Source: the human T2T-CHM13v2.0 reference genome, Homo sapiens
Assembly: GCF_009914755.1 (NCBI RefSeq)
Contig: NC_060926.1
DNA length: 64,000 nucleotides
Strand: one strand, 5' to 3'
The position numbers and the translations under genes are program-made. Shown piece after piece: positions 48,596 through 64,000 of this stretch (positions are counted from its first letter, which is position 1; each line of letters starts with the position of its first letter). The notes under the pieces were generated by a model. That model had not been told where the DNA came from, searched no databases, and saw only the letters and a program-made list of their open reading frames with translations.

Positions 48596-49026
48596 GCCTT
48601 TTATATCTTCAATGTGAGTCAGGAATTTAAAAGAGTTAAAGCACCAATTTTCAGCTGAGTCCTGTAAAAATTTTGCATTTGACTTATACCTCCTTTGGAA
48701 TGCAGCAACGATTCTATCTTTGTGCCTCAGTTGAAGTTTCAGTTTTAATTCATGTTACAAAAATATTTGTATGTAAATCTTTGAATTTCTTTCAGGAGGG
48801 TAGTTTACCAAACCAGGATGGTTTGCCAGAAGGGAAATCATTGGCTCAAAGGATTTGGAAAGAGTGTTTTCATTCTAAACTCATGGTTGTTTTTCTCACC
48901 TAGAGACTTACGGGGAAAGGCTGGGCCAATTGGGAATGAAACAGGTTGTAATGCAGAAGCTAGACCATGTGTTAAGTGGTGCTAGGGTAGGTATCGGAAT
49001 TTTTCCACGTACCTATAATTTGCTTA

Positions 49027-49398
<372 letters not shown>

Positions 49399-49588
49399 CT
49401 AACCAATTCCCAGTGCAGGAATACTTACAAAGGGACCAGGCCTGTGTTTGTAATGGAAATAGGAGAATCTTAGATGTCATTGATTAATGGAGATTTTAAC
49501 AAGAATAGCTAATATTTGATAACGCTGAGCATGAACCAGGCTGTCATAGCTACATTAGCACATATTAATTCATGTGAAACTCATATCA

Positions 49589-50275
<687 letters not shown>

Positions 50276-50279
50276 GAGG

Positions 50280-50400
50280 CATTATTATTCCCATTTTACA
50301 GATGAGGAGGCTGAGGTATGGTGAAGTTAAGGGATTAACTCGTCTAATAAGTGGCACAGCTGAAAGCTGAACCCAAGCAGTTATCTTTGAATTTCTGCTG
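50280..50400 (-). mobile_element. MIR fragment
   Basis: cccattttacagatgagga.gctgagg. Confidence 0.85.
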
Positions 50401-50805
50401 CATAATATGTGTCTAACCATTGCTGGTTAAACAAGATGTGTTAAACCAGATACTGTTTGTTGGAATTGTCCTCAGAGGTTTTGTTACCTTCCCACAAAGG
50501 AGACTGAAAGCATTTTCAGAAATTAACCTGATTTCCAGGACTGAGTGTGCAAAAGAGGATTTTAATTTAGTTGAATGGGTACCAGCTCCCTCCACTGGCA
50601 TTTGTTTTTCTTCCCTTGATGGGGAAGTGGGACCCACAGCCCAGTTGTGCATGGTGCATAACAGATGCTTAGTAAAATGTCATTGTATGACTGAGCGAAT
50701 GGTAGAGTCCACATAGCTAAGGACTCAAATGTCTGCTTTCTGTATTTCTGTTTTCTATGTCATTATTATCTTTACTTATCATAGCGACATTAAAAGGTAG
50801 ATATC

Positions 50806-51580
<775 letters not shown>

Positions 51581-51648
51581 GCCAGACAGCTACTCCACCA
51601 CAGATACAGGTTCCAGACCATTGTCAGTCATGCTTGTCTGTTCACCTA

Positions 51649-52112
<464 letters not shown>

Positions 52113-52679
52113 TTATGCCTCCAAACTGATTGCTCACATCCTTTTCATTAAAATTAAATCAGAATAATTTCTACATAATTTAGAACACTATTGGCTTTGT
52201 TAGAAAACCCCTGTGATTGCATTTTTCTCACATGACATCTTTTCGAATTAATTATTCCATTCTGTTTTACCCCCTTTCTGAGCACAAGCCCAGCAGCTCT
52301 CCTCTGTGAGGAACCTGGGAAGAGTTTCTTCCTCATGCCTCCTGAGGATGAAGTTGCCTCACCTCCAGCATTGCAAGAATCAATACTTTGACCTCGCATG
52401 AGAGAACCTGAGTCCTCGTGCTATGCTGCTCCTCACTAGAGCCGGGAAGTATTTTAACTGCTCTTGACCCCAATTTTCTCCTACATGAATGAAGAGCTAT
52501 AACTAGGTCAGGGAAAGTGTTAGGTATGCCCAGGGCAGACATCACTAATCACTTCAGGGATTCCTCCCTGCTGACTGTCAATGCAAATTTCCAAGCAGGT
52601 TCCATGTATCCACTGGAAGTGGCATCTAATGTGAAAGCTGGTTGCTGTCTTTGGCAAATATGAATGTTCAGCTCCCACA

Positions 52680-54080
52680 CAGGCCTGGGGCCCCATTTGT
52701 GGGGCCTGGGGAAACAGTACAAATGGAGGCCACATTCTGTATGTCAAAATATTTAAAAGTTATAAATCAAGGGACTCAAAGAGACACCCACGTCCATTGC
52801 AGCATTATTTGCAATAGCCAAAAGGTGGAAGCAACCCAAGTGTATATCCATGAATGAATGGATAAACCAAAGATTTATATACACAATGGAATATTATATT
52901 CAGCTGGAAAGAGGAAGGAAGTTCTGATACAAGCTACAACATCAGTGTACCTTGCGGACATTATGCTAAGTGAAATAAGCCAGTCACAAAAGGACAAATA
53001 CTGTATGATTCCTTATATGAGGTACCTAGAATAGTCAAATTCTTAGAGACAAAAAGTAGAATGGTGATTACCAAGGGCTAAGGGTGGGGAGAAGGGAATG
53101 AGGAATTAGAATTTGTGTGTGTGTGTGTGTGTATGTGTTTTGAGATAGGGTCTCACTGTGTCACCCAGGCTGGAGTGTAGTGACGCTATCATAGCTTACT
53201 GCAGCCTTGAACTCCTCCCGCCTCCCAAGTAGCTGAGACTACAGGTATGAGCTACTATGACTGCCAGGAAGTTATTGTTTAATGGGCAGAGGGTTTCAGT
53301 TTTATAAAATGAAAAGAGTTCTGTGGGCAGATGATGGTGATGGTACCACAGCAATGTGAGTGCACTTAATGCCACTGAACTGTAGACTTAAAAATGGTTG
53401 ACAGAACATTTTGTGTTACGTATATTTTACCACAATTTAAAAAAACAAAACAAAACAAATTAGTGCTATCCTCAAAGACCTGGCAACCTAAAATCCTATA
53501 CTTTGCTAAGCAACCATTAAAGAAAAGAAGCCAAAACAAAGATTTTTTTTTTACCAAAATAGTTATAAATCCATCTAACAAAATGTTAAATGATACATGT
53601 TTTACTCTCCTACTTTGAAAAACATAGCTTCGTAATAACCTGGAACTCTACTCTTTAGTGTTCCATATTGGAATTCCATGTTGGAGTTCATGTTGGAACA
53701 CGGCAGCATGCGGAGAAACAGCCTCTGGCCATGGCTTAACCCCTTTTCTTCTTGGACCTGGCTGCAGCCCCTGCTACAAGGGACCTCTTTGCAAGCATGT
53801 GGTTACCCCCACTTGCATATAAAGCTCGGCTCACACTTCTGTAAACAGCTGCCTCCAGCCACTCTTTAGGCCTAGATGTGAGCACCCTGATGGTGCAGTC
53901 CACCCTCAGGATTTAGGCAAGAGGACTATAAAAGCCTTGAAAGTCTTGGGGCCATTTGGGCAGAGTATACTGGAGTCATGGTTGGTACATAGGCCCTGCG
54001 GATGCTTCACCCTGTGAGAAGGGGCATAGCTGAGAAAGGGCCAGAGTGGCTTCTCTAAAGCATAAGGTTTTTCTGGCCTT
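52680..54080. mobile_element. Ancient hAT-like DNA transposon relic split by an L1 insertion
   Basis: caggcc...gtacaaatggaggcc..aaatatttaaaagttataaatc resumes after 53561; family assignment tentative. Confidence 0.45.
52769..53460 (+). mobile_element. L1MB-like 3' region containing an antisense Alu monomer (53110-53265)
   Basis: gcagcattatttgcaatagccaaaaggtggaagcaacccaagtgt...gccactgaactgta.acttaaaaatggtt, then A tail. Confidence 0.9.
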
Positions 54081-54317
54081 GATTGTTCTTCCTCCTCTAG
54101 ATACTATCAATAGCGAATCCATTCTTTTCACCACTGGTCATTTATGACTACCTACATGTTGGTTATCACCATACTTCCATCCACGAAACTCAAGGGAATA
54201 GACTATTAGTTTCACGAAGGAGAGAAGGGTTAACAGTGTCAAATGCAGCAGAGAAGTCCAGGAAGCTAAGGACTGAGAAATGTGCACTGAGACTGGAAAC
54301 TGGATGTTATTAGTGGC

Positions 54318-54612
54318 ATTTTTTTGTTTTCGAGACACAGTTTCACTCTGTTGTCCAGGCTGGAGTGCAGTGGCACGATCTTGGCTCACTGCAACCTCTG
54401 CCTCCCGGGTTCAAGTGATTCTCGTGCTCAGCCTCCTGAGTAGCTAGGACTACAGGCATGCACCACCACAGCGGGCTAATTTTTGTATTTTTATCAGAGA
54501 TGGGGTTTCACCATGTTGGCCAGACTGGTCTCGAGCTCCTGACCTCAGGTAATTTGCCAGCCTCGGCCTCTCAAAGTGCTGGTATTATAGGCGTGAGCCC
54601 CCAGGCCCGGCC
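54318..54612 (-). mobile_element. AluS SINE
   Basis: Antisense Alu. Confidence 0.95.
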
Positions 54613-54707
54613 ATTAATGACATTTGATGAAACAGATTCCTAGTGAAGAGGGTTGAAGGGTGATGAGAAGTGAGGAAGTGGAGGTAGAGAGTGAGGAGTG
54701 TAATGAC

Positions 54708-55030
54708 TTTTTCTCTCTTTTTTTTTTTTCTGGGACAGGTCACACTTTGTCGCCCACGCTGGAGTGCAGTGCTGTGATTATGGCTTACTGCAGCCTCAAC
54801 TTCTGGGGCTCAAGTGATCTTCCCACCTCAGGACTGCCCCTCACTGCGAGTAGCTGGGACTACAGGTGCATGCCACCATGTCCCACTAATTTTTTTTTTT
54901 TAATTTTTTTGTAGAGTCAGGGGTCTCAGTATGTTGCCTAGGCTGTTCTCAAACTCTTGGGCTCAAGTGATCCACCTGCCTCGGCCTCCCAAAGTGCTGG
55001 GATTACAAGCATGAGCCACTGCACTCGGCC
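54708..55030 (-). mobile_element. AluJ SINE
   Basis: Antisense J-type Alu. Confidence 0.93.
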
Positions 55031-55068
55031 CTTTAGTGACTTTTCAAAAAGTTTAGCTGAGAAAGGAG

Positions 55069-55211
55069 AGCAAGAGAAAGGGCAGTAGCTAGAGTTGGAT
55101 TTAGGGTCAAGCTTTTTTTTTTTTTTTTTTTAATGGAAAGCAAGAGTAAGGGCAGTAGCTAGAGTGGGATTTAGGGTCAAGCTTTTTTTTTTTTTTTTTT
55201 TTTTTAATGGA
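55069..55211. repeat. Tandem duplication, unit about 70 bp
   Basis: agcaagag.aagggcagtagctagagt.ggatttagggtcaagc(T)n aatgga present twice. Confidence 0.95.
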
Positions 55212-55229
55212 GTCATCAGAGAATATTTA

Positions 55230-56151
<922 letters not shown>

Positions 56152-56863
56152 TGAACTTCAGCAGAGAATTAAAATTTTGGATTAACTGCTTAGGAGAATG
56201 GGGGAGGTTGCTGATCAAGGCAGTTAAAATAATTGTCGACTGGCACAAGGACAAAGCTGAGTTTGTTGAACATGAACATTAAGTGGCAAAATTCTGCAGG
56301 GTTGTGTGATTGATTTCTGGAAGTTAGCACCCCCCGGTCGTGGGCAGAGGAAATCGGTTGTAGAAATGACCCCGGGTGGGAGTTTGGTGCTCGTGTGCAA
56401 AGTAGTTAGAGGTACAAATGGGCAAGGGAGTGAGGTATCCAGGTAACATGGTAGAGCAGGTGATCCGCCATAGACTGTAGGCCTGGAGGCTGATGGAGGC
56501 AGAAGCGATGCCGGCAAGGGGTTGATCTACTCTGCTAAGTTGGAGAAGTTAAGGAAGAGCATGTGTAACTGGAGTGGGTATATGAGAGAACCGGATGGAA
56601 AGGAGAATCCTGGCTATTGGTGCTCAAGATTTCAGAGATGAAGCAGTTAATTAGCTAGACTGAGATGTAGGATAAGAAGGTCCTGGGTGAGGCTATCGGA
56701 GTGAGTGACTTAGGCAGAATGGAAGTTGCAGATTAGCATCGAGGAACTCATGGAAATTGGATGCCAAGGTTGGTTTGGTTTTACATATTGTAGTTAAAGG
56801 ATAACAAGGCTTGACGAAAAGAGGAAACCTGATAACACCATATAAAACCCTCTCCTTATTTAA

Positions 56864-57525
<662 letters not shown>

Positions 57526-58300
57526 CCACATTTTCGTTTTTATCACTTACAAGCTCCTGATCAGTTCATCAAGGACTTTAAAAACTCTCATACTAAGGCA
57601 CAGAAGTAATAGGTTGAAATCAACATGGATATGAGGGAAATGCAGATCTAGCTTTTAAGTAGAGGGGTATGAACAGCCTCCCTTGAGAGAGTATCTCAGG
57701 GAGAGCCAGATCCTCCAAGGAGGACTAGGTCTCAGTTAAGGCCTGAAAAGGAAGGGAGTGCTGCATGAGAAACCGGAAAGACCTTATTGCCCTTGAAGAG
57801 GAGTTTCAGAGGATGGTGGAAACGTGGGAGAAGGTGGAGAGGTCAAGAGTGATCAGAGCAAGGAGTGGAAGTCTAGATTTAGAGTTGAGGAGGACATGGA
57901 AATTTGATGCTTAGGCTAGTTAGATTTTATAAATGGTAACTAAAAGATAATACAAGGCCTGAAGAAAAGAGGAAGCCCGATAACACCATCTAAAACCCTC
58001 TCCTTAGTTAAGGCACAAACCCTCTGGGAATACTATCCAGCTACTTTTTCAATGTTATCATTTACGGAGGAAGTAGAGTATCATGGAGATAAGGGGATGA
58101 AAGTTCTGGGGGAGAAGAACGAATTGAGAGGATTATACGTTGGCTGCTCCCCAAGGCTAGCAGGGATGCATGCAGTTTCCAGATGGGACAGTGTGCTTGG
58201 TCATATCCCTCAGGACCTGGCCAGGTGGGGAAAGCTGTGCTGGTGGGTCCCACACAGGCTCAGCAGCTTGAGGATGTTGAATCTCAGAAGACTGAGCTTT

Positions 58301-58953
<653 letters not shown>

Positions 58954-59014
58954 TTAGGGTGGCAGTGGGGCTAGGGGAAGAGGGTGAGAGGGAGGAAGCA
59001 AGGTAATTCACGTT

Positions 59015-59125
59015 TGTTAAAGCTCTGTGTTAGGCATTTCACATACGCTCTTTTAATTCTCACAATAATCCTACAAAGGAAGCATCATTATCCTCAGTTT
59101 ATAAATGATGTGTCAACTTGCCTGT
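59015..59125 (-). mobile_element. MIR fragment
   Basis: ttaattctcacaataatcctac...attatcctcagtttataaatga. Confidence 0.65.
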
Positions 59126-59454
59126 AACATAATGCGAATTTCTATATGAATGCAGATTTTTCTTCCCAAATGCTGAAAGTAGACAATTCGTAAATGGAAA
59201 ATAAAAAAAGAGTAATAAAAAAAGGCAAGTCAATAAGCATATAGCCTTCATAACTGCCTTTAGTTTTTAGATAATATTTTATTGTACCTTTCATGTCTCC
59301 TTTGTTTAATCTTGGCTCAGGGCCTATCTGTTTTATCATTCGACAGGATTCAAAGTGCTATTTCTAATCTTCACCGGTAAAAATATTCAAATCATATGCT
59401 TTAAAGAGTATTCAAGTCATATTCGCTTCAGATTGCCTCTCTAGGGAGACAGCT

Positions 59455-59640
59455 CTGATACAATGGAAGTACTGGATTGAGGATCAGAGCCATGGATTCT
59501 GGTTCTGGTCTTTGATTAATTGTTTGAAGCTGGCAAGGCACTCAACTCCACAAGTTTCCTGTGTCTGAAACAGGGATCATTACATCTGCATTGTTGTAGG
59601 ATTGATGTGTAGGTGAAAGGGCTGTAAAATGCTATGCAGA
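59455..59640 (+). mobile_element. MIR fragment
   Basis: ggattctggttctgg...ggcaaggcactcaac. Confidence 0.55.
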
Positions 59641-59765
59641 TGGCAAGGATTGGTGTTCTTGAGGCAGAGAATTCAGAACCACAAAACCTTTATTGAAAAC
59701 CTTTGGGGACAAATGTGTTTTAGAGTGTCCCAGATTTTTTTCTGACTTTAGAAAGGAAGAAGAGA

Positions 59766-60060
<295 letters not shown>

Positions 60061-60209
60061 AACGAAGAAGAGTGCCCATGTTGCATATTACTCAACACTC
60101 CCGTTAAAGTCTGGAGCAGCACCCTGTAATCCCACACGAGTATTTCTTTAGCAAGACATGATTATTCACATTAAGAGGGTTTGATAAAAATCATAAATAG
60201 CCTTATTCA

Positions 60210-60698
60210 TGTAGGCTAAATAATGGGCACCTATAGATCTCAAGTCTTAATCCCTGGAACCTGTAAATGTTACCTAATTAGGAAAAATAGTCTTTGCATA
60301 TGTGATTGAGCTAAGGAGTTTGACGTGTGAGATTATCCCAAATTGTCTGAGTAGGCCCTAAAGGTCCTCACACATAACCTTGTAAGAGAAAGGCAGAGGG
60401 AGGTTTGATACACATGGAAGAGAAAAAATGATGTTACTTTGGAGGCAGACAGATTGGAGTGACATGGCCACAAGTCAAGGAATGCTGGCAGCTACCAGAA
60501 GCTGGAAGTGGTAAGGACCAGATTCCCCCACCCCCTGGGGCCTCAGGTGTGGGTGTGGCCCTGCCAACCCATTGATTTTGACTCAGTGAAATTGATTTTG
60601 GACTTCTGGTCTCCAGAACTATAAGAGAACATACTTCTATCATTTTAAGCTATGAAGTTAGTGGTAATTTGTTATGGCAGCCACAGGAAACAAATATA
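60210..60698 (+). mobile_element. MLT1D-like MaLR solo LTR
   Basis: taatccctggaacctgtaaatgttac...ggccacaagtcaaggaatgc...gtaatttgttatggcagccacaggaaac. Confidence 0.88.
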
Positions 60699-61148
60699 GT
60701 CAGGTTTTGCTGCCAAATGGGCAATGAAAAAAAAAAAGGTGAGTTTTCAGATTTCATACACCTATATTTAGGACTGATATCCAAGTACTTTTAAAAGCGG
60801 TTGTTGTGATATCTTGTTCATTCATAGCCCTTCAGAATGGCAGGCATGGGCCTGGAACTGCTGCTAGCCTTGCTCACTGTGGCGGTGAGATGGGTGTTGA
60901 GGCATGTTGAAGATATAAGGGCAGATGGGCCTATCCAATAGAGAAGTTTGAGCTGAGAGAGCAGAATGTTTTACCTAAGGGCAATATCTAGCCTTAGTGA
61001 TTCAAGCAGTAGCTGGGCATCCCCACAGGTAGGTGACTCTCAAGAGCCTAGATAAATAAGCACAGGTAAGGGTGTCTGGGTATCAGATATCAGGTGAGGT
61101 TCAGGGCAAGGGCTAGGATATCGGGGATCATGGTGGCAGACAGGTTAC

Positions 61149-61562
61149 TGCTACAGTCTGAATGTATGTGTCTCTCCAAAATTCTTATGTTAGAACTTAA
61201 ACCCCAAAGTAATAGTATTAAGAGGTAGGGCCTTTAGGAGGTAGTTAGGCCAGAAGGGCTCCACCCTCAGGGATGGGATTAATATCCTTATAAAAGAAGG
61301 CTCCAGAGTTGCCTGGTCCTTCAATCTCTTCTGTCATGTGAGGATACAGTGTTCATCCCTTTTTGTCCCTTTCTACCGTATAAGGACATAGCAGTAAGGT
61401 ACAATCTTGGAAGCAGAGACAGAGCCCTCAGCAGACACCGAATCTGCCAACACCTTGATTTTGGACTTCCCAGCCAGCAGAACTGTGAGAAAAAAATTTC
61501 TGTTGTTTATAAATTACTCAATCTAAGGTATTTTGTTATAGCAGCACAAATGGACTAAGACA
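61149..61562 (+). mobile_element. MST-type MaLR solo LTR, complete
   Basis: TG...CA termini with perfect 5-bp TSD gttac; ends ttgttatagcagcacaaatggactaagaca. Confidence 0.92.
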
Positions 61563-62149
61563 GTTACTATAATAGAAATGGAAAAAATAGGAACTGATAC
61601 AGAAGCCCAGGTGGATGAATGTGTGTGTGGGGGTGGGGGTGTGTGTCTGTACAGGCCAGGACATTTGGATGACAAAGTTTCTTTATTAGAGAATATCTTG
61701 GGGTGGGAATGATGACTTAGGTAGAATGTGGGCTTTTCCAGGATCTCGAACTACACTAGCAGCAAGAAAAACTCAAATGAACCCCAGAGGGGAGTGACTT
61801 GGGGAGCAAAGCAGGAGCCTGGACCAGCTCTGAAGTGCTTGCCATGGGCCAGGACAAGAAGGAGACATGGCCAATTCTCAGCCTGAGGAGGGGATGCTGA
61901 GGCTCCAGAGCCTGTTGCTTCATGCTCAGCTTGACCAAGAAACTGGGGTAAGTAGGGTATGAGGTGGGAAGATAAGTGGGTCCAGCAATAGAGAGCCACA
62001 GGCCAACAGAGGGAAAATCTTTGGGGGCATTGGCGGTGGGGGGAGAGAGGACCTGCTGACATTGTCAAAGTCTTTGTCTTTCTAGTTTGTTTTAAAGTCA
62101 ACTTCCTGATGATAAAACGGTCCTCGTATCATGAGGCAACTGTCAGTCT

Positions 62150-62830
<681 letters not shown>

Positions 62831-63324
62831 TGTGCATCACATTTTCTTGTAGTTGTTTTCCTGTTTTATATACATTACTTTTGTCACGGGAAGGACCCAA
62901 GAAATTCTCCTTTCTGTAAAAGCTCACACCTTACTTTTTACAAATAATCTGAATTCAAAGCCTTTTGTGTTTCAAAGGGCAATGATATCTACAAAGAAAG
63001 GGTATTGCATTAACATTTCTGATTATATGAACTCTAGATACAAAAGGCAAAAAATAAACAGATTCTCCCCCCAAAAATCAAGCCTCAGGAGAAATGATCT
63101 TATTTTTTTTCTTTTCCCATAAGATCCAACTGGCAAGAAACTTCAGGCTGTGGAAAAGCACTAGACAGTCATAATATGGTGCAACATGGCTTTAATGATG
63201 TCATTTAAACCCTCTCACTGCAGGAAGAGGCTGCTTTAGTGATGAGTGTGGCAGAGGAGGAGCTGTCTCATACTAGCCTGCGGATTTCCTTTATGGAGTA
63301 AATCCTTTAAGATTCTTCTCAAGA

Positions 63325-63850
<526 letters not shown>

Positions 63851-63875
63851 AATTCTCCCAAAGTGTGAGAGAAAT

Positions 63876-64000
63876 TGTATTCGTTTTCTAAGGCTGCCAT
63901 AACAAAGTACTGCAAACTGGGTGACTTAAGAAAAATGTATTCTCTCACAATTATGGAAGCTAGGAGTCTTAAATCGAGGTGTTGGCAAGGTTGGTTCCTG
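63876..64000 (-). mobile_element. MLT1 LTR (runs off the window)
   Basis: tgtatt.gttttctaaggctgccataacaaagtac..caaactgggtg. Confidence 0.88.

Noticed and set aside
50420-50716. 98-aa non-Alu ORF
   Set aside because: Non-ATG start, ends in L2-derived sequence, and no splice or domain support

Overview
Primate (human-like, contains AluY) genomic DNA with no CpG island and no protein-coding gene, RNA gene or CRISPR array that I can recognise. It is a repeat-rich intronic/intergenic window: about 56 Alu copies (roughly a quarter of the window), plus MIR, L2 and L1 fragments, MaLR and ERV1 solo LTRs, DNA-transposon relics and microsatellites. Most ORFs in the supplied track are Alu-derived artefacts. 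The most interesting signal is in the unique DNA. On the minus strand, four exon-like segments (45312-45182, 43506-43294, 38458-38411, 22262-22148) have canonical splice dinucleotides, compatible phases and isolated in-frame stops, and an adjacent decayed frame (22946-22669) has RGS-domain-like spacing. Together these suggest a possible unprocessed or unitary pseudogene. A phase-coherent three-exon candidate 3' end also lies on the plus strand (6042-12489). Both are by-eye hypotheses that need comparative and RNA data. Several local rearrangements are directly visible: a fold-back inversion inside an Alu, a candidate L1 3' transduction, tandem duplications and closely inverted Alus. Repeat boundaries are approximate (about +/-10-20 bp) and subfamily names are recalled from consensus sequences, not from a RepeatMasker run.
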